Source of the DNA: Coniocarpon cinnabarinum
Taxonomy: Eukaryota
NCBI GenBank assembly: GCA_051942205.1
Contig: JAVECO010000037.1
Location: 62,001-126,000, forward strand
DNA: 64,000 bases
Direction of reading: 5' to 3'
Under the pieces are notes generated by a model. That model saw only the letters and a program-made list of their open reading frames with translations, did no database searches and was not told the DNA's origin. Shown here one piece after another: positions 36,011 through 49,368 of this stretch (its first letter is position 1; the number at the start of each line of letters is the position of its first letter). A program made the position numbers and the translations under genes.

Positions 36011-38398
36011 AATACTGCGATGTATCGCATGCGCCCAAGGGTCTGAGCAGGCTGAGACTAGTCGACGCGTCGCGTCGAACCACAGACTCTTCTTGACAAC
36101 ACCAACAGCATGGCATGCCGTCGTGTGTCCTTTCGTCTCGCGCGAGGTTAAAATTCTCTGCTGATCATTTCATTCCGACGCTTGTGACCTTCCACCACGT
36201 TGTCAGTCATTAACCGAGTACGGACAATGGTCGCGACGCGGACAGGGCCACTTTTTGTCCCTAAGTGCCAACCAATCTTGGATGCTCAGACGCGTTGATC
36301 AGCTCAATCGATGACTATCTCTCCAAGAAGCTGCAATTCGTCATCTCAATGCAGCTTTCATGCACGGGTCATACTCTCAATGTTGATTTCTTCCTCAGCT
36401 CTGAGAATGTCAATGGAAACCCACTGATCAGAACGATCGGCGTCGTCTTTCGGCGCCCCAGTCCTTTCTCAGGCTCGTTCCTGTAAAATGATACACCGAG
36501 TACCACTTTGGACCCACTGATGCCCAGGTGCACAATTTGATGCGCGACTCGAAACCGACCGTCCTCAGATCGTCCTCGCTGCATGATGTATGCGGATGTC
36601 GGTATCCTTGCCCAATCGGCCTGATCATTTGTCAATACGTCGCAATCCCTTGGTTGCTCCGACCAGAAATTTTCAAAACCAGTGTATTGCCAAGTTGTGT
36701 GCTGCCACGAGCGAGTCGGCATTGAATCATTTCGTCGAAATAAGGTATATCTCTCCGGCTGCGATTCTCTGGCCGTGTATCAAAGAGCCTTGTGAAAATT
36801 ACCACTCCAGGGCAGTCTTGCATCTATGTGTTCTAAATTGACCGAAATGAAGGTTCGCCGCATCTGGAGACTATTACGGCAGGTATTGGAAAGGTGCTAC
36901 GAGCTGTAAGAATAACGAGCGTCTTGCATGACAGCGGCAGAATGGCTGAGCAGCTGACCATTGGGTTCTCGATTCTGTTATGTTCTGAGATGCGATCTAT
37001 GGGGGATATTGCTGAGTGCTGTGTAGACTGCTTCGCTGCACCTACCGAGCTTAGAGCGGTCAAAGGCTCGGCTTGAGACTACGAACCCCACTGCAAAGCT
37101 GTAGGCGGTGATTCTTACTAATGAGAGAACAGCTCATTGCGTAGATTTAAAACAAGTCAGAGACTTGGAAAAGTGGGCCGCTCGTATTTGAGCCAGCTTC
37201 GACGAAAGAGGTTCCGATGGCAGAAACCGCTCAGGTTTCTCAATCATCAATCCGATAGGACTGGATCGGTAGCCACGATGCTCCCTCAAGTTCCCAACCC
37301 TATACCTGCGCGGCGCTCGTGGGGCTTCGAGGTATTTTTGAACACATCGGCACTGAGTTGAGGACATACAGTGCTTTCGGGTCACAGAGCTGAGTCACGT
37401 CCAAGAAAAGAATATGCAGGGGCATTGGGGCGCTGCAACAACAAAGGTAAGCCTCTTGGTAGGGGAAATACTTAAGGCACGCATACGATACAGGCAACAA
37501 AAGTGGCGCGGTTGGAAGATGAAGATCCAATTGTGTCTTGCTCATCTTGCGGTGCGGCGCAAATCCATTGTCGAATGCTATGGCATGATGAGGAATTGCG
37601 AGCGCTGGCGACGTCGTGGTTCTTCGTCTCCATATCTTAGTCTCTTGTGGATTGGCTCTGGTGCAAAATCATTACATCTAGCAATGTACGAACTTTTAGC
37701 CGATGAATCTGCCCGAACTTGCGGATACTGTGGCGGATATTAAAATGTCATGCAGGTGTGGGATGGGGATCGAAATGATGACAGTCCTGAACACGGAATA
37801 TTGATAAGTCATGTGTATTGAGGCAGTCTGGTCACGTGTCGTGATATCCTTGCAAGCCCGGCGGGGCTCAATGTTCGCGGCCGCGAAGACCTCGGCAGAT
37901 ACCACTGACAAAGACTGGCCTATCATAGTGAACTATGCTGCACACGCTGTTCCTGCTTGGGACATTGCTAACAGCGCTAAGTCAAGACGACGGGAGCCAA
38001 GAGCGCCAAGGACAATGATACGCGAGCGCACGTCCGACTTCATCTGACAAGGCTTCATCTTTCATTCGAGTGCCAGCAAACAGACCATTGGGGCTCTCGC
38101 TGCAAAGAATGGTGAGAGTGCCCATGAAGCTGATCATCGGTCAAACTCGACAACTCCGGCATGAAGTGGACCATCAGGGCCTCCTCGGCAACTGCCAGGT
38201 CACTGGGCACGAGTACTTCGTGTCCCAATGGAAGAGACAGTCACCAACGACCTGCGTGCTCCTCCAGCAATATGATAGACGAGACCGCGACTGAGTGAGT
38301 CGCCGCATCGCATCCGTTTGCAAGTCTCGAACACAACGTCGTTCCCTCTGCCTCGTGTCAAACTGTTGAGCCTCGCCGGCGCCCCCTATTGGCGTCTG

Positions 38399-38870
38399 CT
38401 TATCTCGCTCTGATAAGAGACGTCTCCGTCCCATGCCCTTCTGCATCAGGCATGCATGTGCCCAGGTGGGCTCCCCTGAGCGATGCTATTTGCTCGTCGT
38501 CGCCCCAGACATGCGTTGCGGCCAGGGCTTTGGTCCTCTGTCGTCGTGCGTCTTGATTGTACCGTGCGGCGCGACAGTGCCTGCTCGAAGACTGCTTCTC
38601 CGGTGCCGCATTCCCGCATACATTGCGTGGGGGTCAGAAAAATCCCATATCAAGCTTGCAAAGCCTCCTGATGTCTCCTATCCGCGTTGGACGTCATTAC
38701 CGGCGACTCCGCTGGTCCTGAAGCGAAGCCCAGACCGTGGCTTCTGTCACCAGAAGACATCTAGACGGAGCTTGTTAATCTCTGGCGAAGCTTGTCCGTG
38801 CTGACCTTATCTTCTGGACACGCTGACTTGGCTGCATCGTGCGCGCAGCACTGACCTCATCTTATCTCTT
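38399..38870. promoter_or_regulatory. Cluster of HGATAR (AreA/NIT2-type) sites upstream of the nitrate transporter
   Basis: cttatct (~38399), tgataag (~38411), cttatct (~38806), cttatct (~38861). The context fits nitrogen metabolite repression. Confidence 0.45.
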
Positions 38871-39181
38871 CAGAATCTGGGGAAAGCTGCATCTCGCCTC
38901 CCGCCGTCTGCTGAGGACCCAATCGAGGCCGCGGACTCGTCACTCCTGTGCAAAGATCTGGAATTGCGTACGAGACGGCCACATTTGAGTGGTTCCTCAC
39001 GCTATCAACACGCATAAGAGGACCAAGAACCCTGCAAACGATCTTTATTCTATCTATTATTATTAACCCCAGATTAATCCTTGCTCACGGGCTCTTCTTT
39101 TGCATAGCTGCTCAGTATCGTGTTGCACAGAGGTACTTCCAGGATAGATAGCACTCTACCTCGCAGCACCCGCCGGCGAAC

Positions 39182-40835
39182 ATGGCCTCTCTTGGATTCT
39201 CCCCTCGCCTCCTGGTCTCTGCACCCGACGTCAACCCCGTCAACCACAAAGCCCGCTCCATCCCCTTCCTGAACCCCGTCAATGTCTACGGCCGGGTCTT
39301 CCACTTCGCCTGGTTCGGCTTCATGATCGCCTTCTGGTCCTGGTACGCCTTCCCTCCCCTCCTCAACGACGTCATCGCCGCCGACATCCACGTCACCAAG
39401 AACGAAATCCTCATCTCCAACATCATCGGCCTGACCGCTACGCTCATCATTCGTTTCGTCTCGGGCCCCTGCTGTGACCGCTTCGGCCCGCGGAATACCT
39501 TTGCGGGGATCCTGCTTGCAGGTGCGATTCCCACGTTTTGCTCGGGCGGGGTGAAGAATGTGGCGGGTTTGTACGCGATTCGCTTCTTTGTCGGAATCCT
39601 GGGTGGTACATTTGTGCCGTGTCAGGTCTGGACGACGGGGTTCTTCGACAAGAACGTGGTCGGCACGGCGAATGCGCTCACCGGTGGCTTTGGCAACGCA
39701 GGCGGCGGCATTACGTATTTCGTGATGCCCGCCATTTACAACTCCCTCGTCCGGAATCAGCACGAGACGCGGCATGTCGCCTGGCGCGTGTCGTTTATCG
39801 TGCCGGGCATTCTGATCGTGGTCACAGCGCTCGCCATGCTGCTGTGCTGTCCGGATACACCGACAGGCAAGTGGTCCGAGCGCTCCACGGCCGTGAGCGA
39901 GAACATGCGACGACACAGCATGGTCGGCGTGGTGGACGTGCCCACCGGCGGCGCCTTCGACGACGGCTCTCTCCATCACCAAGAAAAAGACGCCACGTCC
40001 AGCGACTCCTCCTCCTCCGGCGACAAGGACAAAAAAGACGTCGGGCCGGGCGACCCCACCCATTTCACGGACCACGAAGCACACCTCACGTCTGAACAGA
40101 TGCTCGACACGGCGAAAGGGGAGGTCGTGCGCAAGCCTTCTCTCAAAGAATGCTTGTACGTCTTTGCGAGTCCCCAGACTTTCGTCACAGGAGCTTGCTA
40201 CTTTTGTTCTTTCGGGGCTGAATTGGCCATCAATTCGATTCTGGGGAACTATTACACGACGCAGTTTAAGCCGCGGTTGTCGGTTCAGGAGAGCGGGAAC
40301 TGGGCTGCGATGTTTGGGCTGCTGAATGTGGTGTTTAGACCTCTGGGCGGGTTCGTGGCCGATGCAATGTACAAGGCTACGGGCAGTGTGTGGAGTAAGA
40401 AAGCGCTTTTGCACGTGTATGGTCTCATTACGGGTGCGTTTTTGATCGTCATTGGACAAGTTAACAGCCATGATAAGAGTACGATGTTTGGGCTTGTGGC
40501 GGGTATGGCGTTTTTCCTTGAGGGTGGTAAGTGTCTCCCTTTATCATTCGAGTCTAAACACAAGGGCACGGTGAATTGTTTGCTAACAAGAGACAGGTAA
40601 CGGACTCAATTACGCATTAGTACCGCATGTGCATCCGTATGCTAATGGCATCATCAGCGGGATTACGGGTGGTTGTGGGAATCTGGGTGGGATTATCTTC
40701 AGTGTGATTATCAAAGAAGTGGGACCGACGGGGTATGGCAAGAGTATTTGGATCATGGGTGTGATCAGTATTTGCGTGAATGCGTTGGTGGCTGTGATTC
40801 CGCCGATTCCCAAGGGGCAGGTCGGCGGCCGATGA
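39182..40835 (+). CDS. nrtA: High-affinity nitrate/nitrite transporter (NRT2/NNP family, NrtA/CrnA-like)
   Basis: Nitrate signature motifs GTANALTGGFGNAGGG and GIISGITGGCGNLGG, conserved Arg residues (IIRF, VFRPLGG), and DRFGPR. An intron at ~40528-40596 gives EG|GNG. Confidence 0.95.
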
Positions 40836-41048
40836 TGAATGTCTGAACTGTAGCCATGGGAAGACGTGAGAATGGTTTGGAACATGTCATGATGAATTGT
40901 TGAAAAAAGCGCTATATACACATAATATCCATAACAATGCCCAAAACATACCAGAAAACGCAGTCATCTGGACTTACTTATAGATGAAGAGGATTCACGC
41001 ACAGCCTCAGCGCCTTGCATTTCCCTGTGCACGACCCTTCTTCATCGC

Positions 41049-43184
41049 TCAAAACACAGCACCACCCACCACAAAACACCGCTCTTCCTCTCGTTTGACC
41101 CAATTAATGCACATCTCCAGACCCCGCTCGACAGCCGCTCTGCTGCTTTCTCTGGGCGCCACCACGTACATCTCAAACATGGGAGTGCACCACGCCACAT
41201 TAACGCCCTCCCTCGTATTCTCGAACACGACTTTATTCCTCCCCACACCGCGCGAGTGCACAGACGCGTGCAGTGAACTGTATCGACTCATGAGCCTTCT
41301 CCACGATAGCGGCTCGCTGAAGTGCGGAGAAGCGGATGGTTGGACGAATTGCACGTTTGTTCTCGATTTGTAGAAGAAGTGGTGGATCGGAGAGCCAGGC
41401 GCTATGGTGAAGAGCGAGGGTCGTGGTTCGGAGAGGGCTGTGCGAAGAGGTTGGAGTAGCGGAGTGGTCGCTGAAGAGTTCTTCGATGGGGTGGAAGACG
41501 TATTTGAGGTGGTTGTGGAGCCAATGAGGGATGAGACGAAGGTGTTGCGCATGCTTCGCAGGTCGTCGAAAGAATTGGGATGGGCGCTGATCAGCACCAG
41601 ACAGTATTCTTGAGGTTGAGGGTGCGGTGGTGCGGATCTATTGTGGGATTCTGCGGGAGTGAGAGCGCTGCTCGTGGTTGTCTCCTTGTCGGTGGAGCGG
41701 TTCGATGGGGATGAAGAGACTACGTCTGTCTCTGCATCTTTGCCAACGTCCACAAAACTGACGTACATGTAGACGAATCCCGTGTTGTTGAAGCCAGGCA
41801 AACAAAGAGGAATCCAGTTCTCGCCACCAGCGGCACGGATGGCTTTGCCTTCGAAGAGCATGTTGAAGATGAGTTGGAGGTCGCCCGGGTGCAGCGAGTG
41901 CTTCTTGGGCCTCAGGACGGACACAAGCTGGCCCGTGTCTGTGACGAGAAGGCCGTACAAGAGACTCGGCACTCGAGCCTTGGCAAAGTGGTTGTTTATT
42001 GCGGCGCGGTGAACCTTGCGTAGGCGTAGGCATTCAAGAGCCGAGAGCAGAGTCGACGGCGAGCCCCGCGTGAAGCCATCAGCCAGCGACGAGAGCAATT
42101 TCTCAGTCCCCTGTAGTGGTCTTCGCAAATCTGTAGATGGACGATTTGCGAACATCTTCTCCATGTTCGTCAACGTTAGCGTGGACAGAATCTGCATGTA
42201 GAGTGCCTCCAGTTGCGCACGCAGCTGCGTGTCGTTTTCGCCCATACGGCTCACGGCGACCAGGAACAGGTGACCCTTGGAGAGGATGCAGAAGCGACCG
42301 GAGCTGGTGGCGAAGCTCTTCAGCGTGTCTTTTGCATCTTGGTAGAATGCGATGATGGTCTGCATGACGCCGATGGAGTTTGAGATGAGCTCATCGTCGC
42401 CGTGGCGGCTCCAGATGGGTTTACCGGCTGAGGAGAGGATGAAGAAGTGTTTGAGCTTGAGGGACCAGGCGAGCATGAGTGATTCTTCTGCATTGCCCTG
42501 AGTCTTCAAATCATCGAGCTCCACGAACTCGCTGGCAAATTGAGACTCGAATTCTTGATCCCTTTGTCTTTCTGCTTCCGTGGGCGGTGACTCTTCTTCC
42601 TCTTCTTGCTCGGTAGCTGTGCCCTGTAGCTCAACCCACGCCGAAGCTTTGTACTTGCTGAGCACCTCATCTAGCAGTCCTTCCGCGCCCCTGGTATTCA
42701 GCAGCGTCGCATCGTTGCTCAGCACGCTCTTGACACTCCCACGATCATCAACCTCATTGTAAAGCCTGGAGAGCTTGCGCGTCGGTGCTTGAGGCTTTGA
42801 GAAGCTGCCACGCCGCGACTGCGCCCGACTTGCGGCCGCACTCGTCGAAGGCGAGCCATCAGAGTGCGCAGTGCCGTGTATGTCCGCGCGAGTGACCGCA
42901 GTGGTAGTATGTCCCTGAAGTTGCGGCCGCGCAGCCGCTTTAGAGACTCTGAGTGAGCCTTTCGGCGTGACGCGTGAAGGCTTTTCGGGTGTCGTGGATA
43001 GCTGCGAAAGCTTGCTAATGATGGCGTCGTTGACGCCTTCGCTTGTGCCTGAGGTTGCGCTTATGGAGGGTGTCGTTGCGGCGTTGCTCTTTGAGGCATC
43101 TTCAACGCTTGGTTCGGAAGCTTCAGCTTCGTTATGTGTTCCCGCAGTCTCTTCTGTCGGCTTCTCGAGCCTGTCTTGCGGCAT
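41049..43184 (-). CDS. MON1: Vacuolar fusion protein Mon1 (Rab7/Ypt7 GEF subunit)
   Basis: KHFFILSSAGKPIWSRHG, QILSTLT...DLRRPLQGT, HSLHPGDLQLIFNM, WIPLCLPGFN, HFFYKSRTNVQF, and C-terminal GGAVF. Confidence 0.96.
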   Translation of the reverse strand: MPQDRLEKPTEETAGTHNEAEASEPSVEDASKSNAATTPSISATSGTSEGVNDAIISKLSQLSTTPEKPSRVTPKGSLRVSKAAARPQLQGHTTTAVTRADIHGTAHSDGSPSTSAAASRAQSRRGSFSKPQAPTRKLSRLYNEVDDRGSVKSVLSNDATLLNTRGAEGLLDEVLSKYKASAWVELQGTATEQEEEEESPPTEAERQRDQEFESQFASEFVELDDLKTQGNAEESLMLAWSLKLKHFFILSSAGKPIWSRHGDDELISNSIGVMQTIIAFYQDAKDTLKSFATSSGRFCILSKGHLFLVAVSRMGENDTQLRAQLEALYMQILSTLTLTNMEKMFANRPSTDLRRPLQGTEKLLSSLADGFTRGSPSTLLSALECLRLRKVHRAAINNHFAKARVPSLLYGLLVTDTGQLVSVLRPKKHSLHPGDLQLIFNMLFEGKAIRAAGGENWIPLCLPGFNNTGFVYMYVSFVDVGKDAETDVVSSSPSNRSTDKETTTSSALTPAESHNRSAPPHPQPQEYCLVLISAHPNSFDDLRSMRNTFVSSLIGSTTTSNTSSTPSKNSSATTPLLQPLRTALSEPRPSLFTIAPGSPIHHFFYKSRTNVQFVQPSASPHFSEPLSWRRLMSRYSSLHASVHSRGVGRNKVVFENTREGVNVAWCTPMFEMYVVAPRESSRAAVERGLEMCINWVKREEERCFVVGGAVF

Positions 43185-43455
43185 TGCTCAGAGGTAGCAT
43201 TTTTCTCTCGGAGCTGCTGTTGATTCACATTCGTTGTAGGGGTCCAAGTTCTAAGACGGCGGAGGAAAAGTGAAGGCTGGAGGGTGAAAGACTGCAGATC
43301 CAAGCGACGTCATCTTTTGTTTCTCTAGCACTACCAACCCCAAACACACACGGAGGAATCTTCCAACACTTCCACATTCCTTGATTGATGCTCTAGACAC
43401 TCGAACCTCAACATGTGCCTGTCGAGCGTCCTGCGATACAGCTTTGACGCTCGGA

Positions 43456-46400
43456 ATGGCCCTTGAAAATGATCGCCGGATTCGCTCACCATCGCCTGCA
43501 GGCTCTGGACGCGACTCTCCTCTCCCAGGCATTGGAAGACCTCGGCGGCAGATCGAGGACGGTATGTACGTTATCGAGAACGCGATCGTCACAGGATCGT
43601 CTTGCTGATACAGCGTTCGCAGAGTCTACAAAATATGACAAGCCGTACCGCCGATGGGCCTCTCAAATAGAAAGAGCAGTAGCTCATTTTGACACTGCAC
43701 GCCTGGAATGGCCAGACTACATTTCTGGCCTAGGGCGCTTGCTCAAGGCCATACAAGCTCACCCGCCTGATACCAGATCGCTTCCGCACAAAGCTCTGGT
43801 TGCAAATAAGCTTGCACAATGCCTGGATCCGTCGTTACCCTCAGGCGTACACTCAAAAGCATTGGAGATCTACGACTTCATTTTCACCCTCCTTAGAGTA
43901 CGCTTCAAGAGGCCTGGTCCCGCTATTGTTTCGTTGCTGATGTTGAACAGAGAGATGGCCTGGCTCAGGACCTCGGAGTGTTTCTGCCTGGTCTTTCGCC
44001 TGTCCTTTCCTTCGCCTCGTTATCCATTCGTCCTCTTTTCCTGACTCTGCTTGAGAAGCATGTTGTTAATCTTGATGCGTCAGCCCTGAGACCAGCGCTT
44101 CGTGCCTTGTTGCTCGCTGTACTGCCAGGCCTGGAAGAGGAACATAGCGAAGACTTCGATCGCTCTTTCATGGTTGTCGAGAGACTTCGAGACACAGTGA
44201 ACGCTGGTGCAGAACACCCCAGCCGAAGTGTCATAAAGTCCGGAGATGAGTTCTTCTGGCAATGCCTTTTCTTGGCTTGCATCAGCAGTCCCTCGCGGCG
44301 TCAAGGAATATTAGTGTTCCTCGCTCGTCAGCTTCCTAAACTCAGCTCTGCGATACCTGTAGATGATCAGACCAACGGAGCGGAGCCAATAGAAGAGCTG
44401 TCGTCAGCGGCAGAGGCTGTTGTCTCTCCGGAGCCTGGACTTTTGATTCGTTGCTTTGTTGCAGGCCTCGAAGATGAGCAGCCACTGATCCAACGAGGTT
44501 TCCTTGACCTTCTTCTGAATCATCTGCCTCTGCATTCACCAGTACTGACTGCACGTGTGAGTTCGCACGATCTTGAACGTCTAGTCACAGCTGCTTCAAC
44601 GGTTCTATCACGACGAGACATGAGTCTCAATCGGCGACTTTGGTCCTGGTTTTTAGGTCCTGAGGGCCCCGACGAGGACAGTGAAGTCGCGTCACCTTCC
44701 ACGCCCCTCATTGCTAAGCGGAGAGACACTGCTAAAGAGGAATATTTCAAGCGCTTTGCACTAACACCGCTCAGTGATAGCATTCTTCGCGCGGTCGAGG
44801 ACAGTCATCCTTCACTGACCCAACTTATCAAGTCCTATAGGACCATTTTCTCGCTTTTGGATCGATCAGAGATCAGCCACTCCTTGATTCCCAAGATTTT
44901 CGCCCCTTCGTTAGATAGCCTTTTAAGGTTTCGCACCCAGTCATCCTCATCTTCTTTCCAAGAAGCTCTACGAAGCGCAAGTGCCTTCTTTGACGGAATT
45001 GACGCTGGGGCCGTTTGGCTCCAGATCTTGCAGTTGATCTCGTCTGCGTTTGACGAGCAAGAAGCTTCTTTCGAATACTGCGTCGCGAAGCTGGACCTCG
45101 TTTGTTTCATCATTGGGCATTTTAACGTTCATGATGAAGAGATGCTGGCTTTTCACATACCTCTCTGCTGTGTGTTTACTTTGAGCAAAGTCTTGCAACA
45201 AGCAGCAATCTCGAGGGAAAACCAATCGGACAGCGTCATCCAAAAGAGAGCCGTGCATGTCTCAGAACTGCTTGTAGAGCAAATGCCTGAAAGAGTGCAC
45301 CTGAATGCGTCATTTAGGCAAGACGCCGACATTGGACATTTGGGCAAAGACGATGACACAACGTCGAAGGTGACATCGTCCATCATGAGGTTCTACACTG
45401 AACATGACGGAGACCTATCGTCCTCTCCACCGCCATTTTCGTCACAGCAGATTGCAGATCTCCTCACCCAAAGTAGTCAGCAAATCTGCCTGGAAGCTTT
45501 TGTGGATAAGTCGGCAATACCGAGCGTGGCTGCAAAAGCGAAGCTCTTTTCGGACATTCTCCTCAAAACGCCAGAGTGTCACGCGTTGAATATAAGGTCT
45601 CTTGCTGATCGATCAAGAGCTGCGTTATTGTCAGGCCATTCTCATCAAGAATGCTTCGTGTTAGCAAGCTCAGTAAGCAGGATCTATTTCGCGGCCATGA
45701 GCAAGGCCTCCGATGACCAAAAGAGCGATTTGAGACGTTCAGGCCTTGGACTCGTACTGGTACAAAAGCTTTGGCAACTCATGTCGCCATCATCTCCAAA
45801 ATTTCACGTCGAAAGCGCACGAGCTTTGTGGCAAATTGACTCTGCAGATCCACGGGAGAATATTCTGGAATCCTCTGTATCCCAATTTGTTTCTGAGGCC
45901 AAGCCCATGTCCGAAGATAGTGCCGAGCCAGCCCGTCGATTTGCAATGCTTTGGACTCATTCAATGAACATCGCTTCGGGCGCGCCCAAACATGGTAGTA
46001 TCCCTCGACGTGGAAGCCTGACTTCTCTAGTCACCACGAGTATCGAGACGCAAGATCATCAGAGCAAATTAATGAGGCCTTTGTTGCTCGTGCTGGAAGG
46101 TCTCGAAGAGATTGGGTCCGAGCTTTATTTCTTTCTTTGCGGGTGGCTTAAGTCGTCAGGCAATTTGCTTACCGTGATTGACGTCCTGATATCTAAGCTG
46201 TCATCGTTAAAGCAGACCCCGGAGCAAAGAGCTGAACAAGCTGTTGAGTCCGACCAGCATCGCCCACGGTTCTTGCACAGCGATCGAACACCAGAGTCTT
46301 GCTATTACCTCAAGTTGTTCTTGGCTCTTTTCCGCCTGCCCCTCGAGAACATGGACGCTGTCTTGAGCACGCCAGGAACACCACTCGCAGACCCGCCGCA

Positions 46401-49176
46401 AGAGCCCGACGAGACGTTACATGCTAACGCAATGAGAGTGTGTTTAGATATCGCTTTGCTTGGCTTCGAGAAATCGAACTCAAAACATGCCGAAGCAACA
46501 TCATACTCTGAGATGCAGTGTCAGGCATTGTCCATAGTGCAGCGCTTATTATCTCACGCCGATAAGCTAGAATTGGAACTTTTGACGCTGGAGCGAGATT
46601 TGTTGGACATGCTTGGCAAATGCACGCGGTCAGGTCTTGTTGCGTCTTCAGTCCAAGTCTCCACGCTTGAGACGACTAAAACTTACCTGAGATTTAGATA
46701 CGCCCTTCTTTTAGGTCGTTCGCCACATCATCGCAAGCCGTCATCGATCGATGGCAGTCGTGCCTCGCTTTTACGTCGAAGCAGCGTTGATCGTCGCGAA
46801 GAAAAGGACGTCGCTGACAAGCTATCCCCACCTCCAGACCAGCTTCTGAAGCGGCTTCAAGAAGGAATTGCCTCTCCTCATGCTCGAAACGTCCTGGAGA
46901 GTTGGGTCAACTTCTTGATTGATGTTCTCCCTTTCTATGCTCACTCTTTGTTTCAAAATCTCATCCCCCTTGTGGAGAGCTTTTGCAAGCAAATCAATAC
47001 AAACCTGCGACGCCTACGGCGTTCATTTGTGTCAGATGGAGATGACAAAAGTGTCATGTCTGAGACGTCATTGATATCACTTTTGAACGGCTTGGAAAGC
47101 ACCCTGGCAATCGCGCACGACCAACTGGCTGTCGAGGGCAACACGAGCATGGGTCCGAAGAATTTGGAAGCCCCTCAAGGCTTGCTTGGCAACGTGGTGT
47201 CAGGCGTTTTCGCGGCGGAAACTCAGAGAACCAGACAGAGTTCCGCAAACTCTAGGCTGACGGTGGTCCTTTGTTTGCAAGACGCAGTAAAGACTTGTTT
47301 CTCAATCTGGTCCTGGGCAGCCTACGGACAAAATGACGACAAGTTTGACTCGGACTGTCAGACATCTTTCAACTATCTGTCATCACGTCTTCGAAATCGG
47401 GCTCGACGTTTGCTTGATCAGCTGTTCCTCGTGGAACCCCTTGAATGTCTAGAAACCCTCCTTACGACACGTGATGTGCTCCAGACCTCGCAGACCGTTC
47501 CGTCAGACTTCGCAAAAGCCATTAGTTTGTTACATAACCTGGACGGATCTAGACCGAAACGTCTAATGCCTGCTTTATTCAACTCCCTCTACAGTAGAAC
47601 CAATCCATCGGCCCTGGAGCAGGGGCGGGTCTCGACAATGACATCCGAAGTTAGCGAAACTTCTTTGAGCCGATTTTTAGTTGAATACACAAGAGCCCTT
47701 GACGATGATGCGATGGACGAAATATGGACCGACTGCATTGCCTTCATGAAAGACGTGCTCTCCAATCCGTTTGTGCATAAGTCGATCTTGCAATATCTCC
47801 TTCTGTTCCTGCAGACGCTGGCGGAAAAGGTGGAAAAGACGAATTTTGGTGAGCAACGCAAAATGCGACGAGAGTTAAGCGACTTCTTCCAGCGCTTGCT
47901 CCAAGCTATATTTGCTTCACGACCTGCTGAGCTGCTGCAAGACACGAAGCTTGCAAGTGTTGACGGCTCAGGCTTGAACATCATTGAGGTGTTCAATGAG
48001 GTCATTCCCAAGCTCCATGTTGTTGTCTCAGAGCCCGATAAACAAGCCAACGCAGTCAGTCTCCTGTCAAACAATATCTTCTCTGTTCTTGTCCATGCCA
48101 AACAATTCCCAGAAAACGTCACTCAGTCACATTTGAGTCTGTTGCAGAAGACGATGAGAATACAGTCGGGGGCTAAGATCTGGCGCAAAGATGTGGCAGA
48201 GTTCTACAACCATCCCAGACTATTCTCATTCGAAGTGACTTTGGTCATGTCCGAGCTACTCCTCATATTGCGACAATGGGCACTCGGCGAGAAAGAACGC
48301 GTGCCTGAAACGCTCAGCCGCATTCCTGCGCCCACGGCTGCCGGAATAATGTTTGGCGTCGGGGCTAGTGCAGCACGTCTTGAGGCGGACAAGAAGTCAC
48401 AGCTGCACCTTCGACGGGTCACACTTCTCGTCTTGGCCCTGGACGACAATGCACTTGTGCCCCACATACCAAGTGTGCTAGAGAAGATCAATGAGCTGCT
48501 TCATGCCTCTGCCACGTCTTCCCCTTCCTCGGCCACTCGCGCCGAGGTCTACCTGCTGTTGCAAGCCGTCTTGCTCAAGACATCACCAGTACATCTTTCC
48601 ACACTGTGGCCAGTCATCACTGGAGAGCTACAGCATGCCATCTCATCCGCATCGGCTGAGAGCAAAGATCACGATCTTTACACCGGCCAGTCACTCTTGC
48701 AGGCCTGCAAGCTCTTAGACATGCTTCTCTTGATTGGTCCAGAAGACTTTCAGATGCATGCGTGGCTGTTTGTTACAGACACTATTGACGCTGTCTATCG
48801 TCCAAGTGGTGTCGAAAGTGCAACTCCAAGTTTGGTTGACGAGATTGCCGAGGAAATGTCCCAAGAGGCGCCCCACACTCCAGGTGATACTATAAATACA
48901 CCCGTAACGCAGGATCCCGGCGCTAGTGCTGCATTAACTAATGGCCCCACAGCCAAATCTGACAGCAAGAAGCGTGGTCTACTATTAAGAACGGGAGCTG
49001 CAAAGGTAAAGGACATGAGTAGAGAAGCAGTCATACACAAGATATTGCGACCTTGGTTTATGCAGCTAAGCCTGCAATGCTTTGAGCGTGAGTACAGCAT
49101 GCGAAGTGTTGATTCCGACGGTTGCAGGCAAGGCCTCCTACAGGATCTATTTGAAGAGGGATCTATGGCGAGTTGA
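43456..49176 (+). CDS. DOP1: Dopey family protein (Dop1/DopA)
   Basis: Dopey_N motifs EWPDYISGLGRLLKA, LAQCLDPSLPSGVHSKALEIY, LPGLEEE, QRGFLDLL, RRDMSLNRRLWSW. C-terminal LSTLWPVI and ACKLLD. Two short 5' introns (from ~43562 and ~43898). Confidence 0.96.
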
Positions 49177-49368
49177 GTGTGTGGAAGCAAGGAGACAATG
49201 TCTATCAATGTTTCAAGCACAGCTCGGTACACTTGGAGACCAGACGGACTCTCGACACTTTCAATGTTCCAACATGCTCCTCGACTATTCAGGCACACCC
49301 GGCCAGAGTCTCGTCATGCTTAATCATCTCGGCAAGTCCAGTCTTCCTTTCCACCACCGAGAGGCAAG

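Noticed and set aside
38928..38937. NirA site upstream of the nitrate transporter
   Set aside because: CCGCGGAC deviates from the CTCCGHGG consensus (reverse CCDCGGAG); too weak to call.
39074..40471. 465-aa minus-strand ORF
   Set aside because: Antisense shadow of the codon-biased, GC3-rich nitrate transporter; no recognisable domain.
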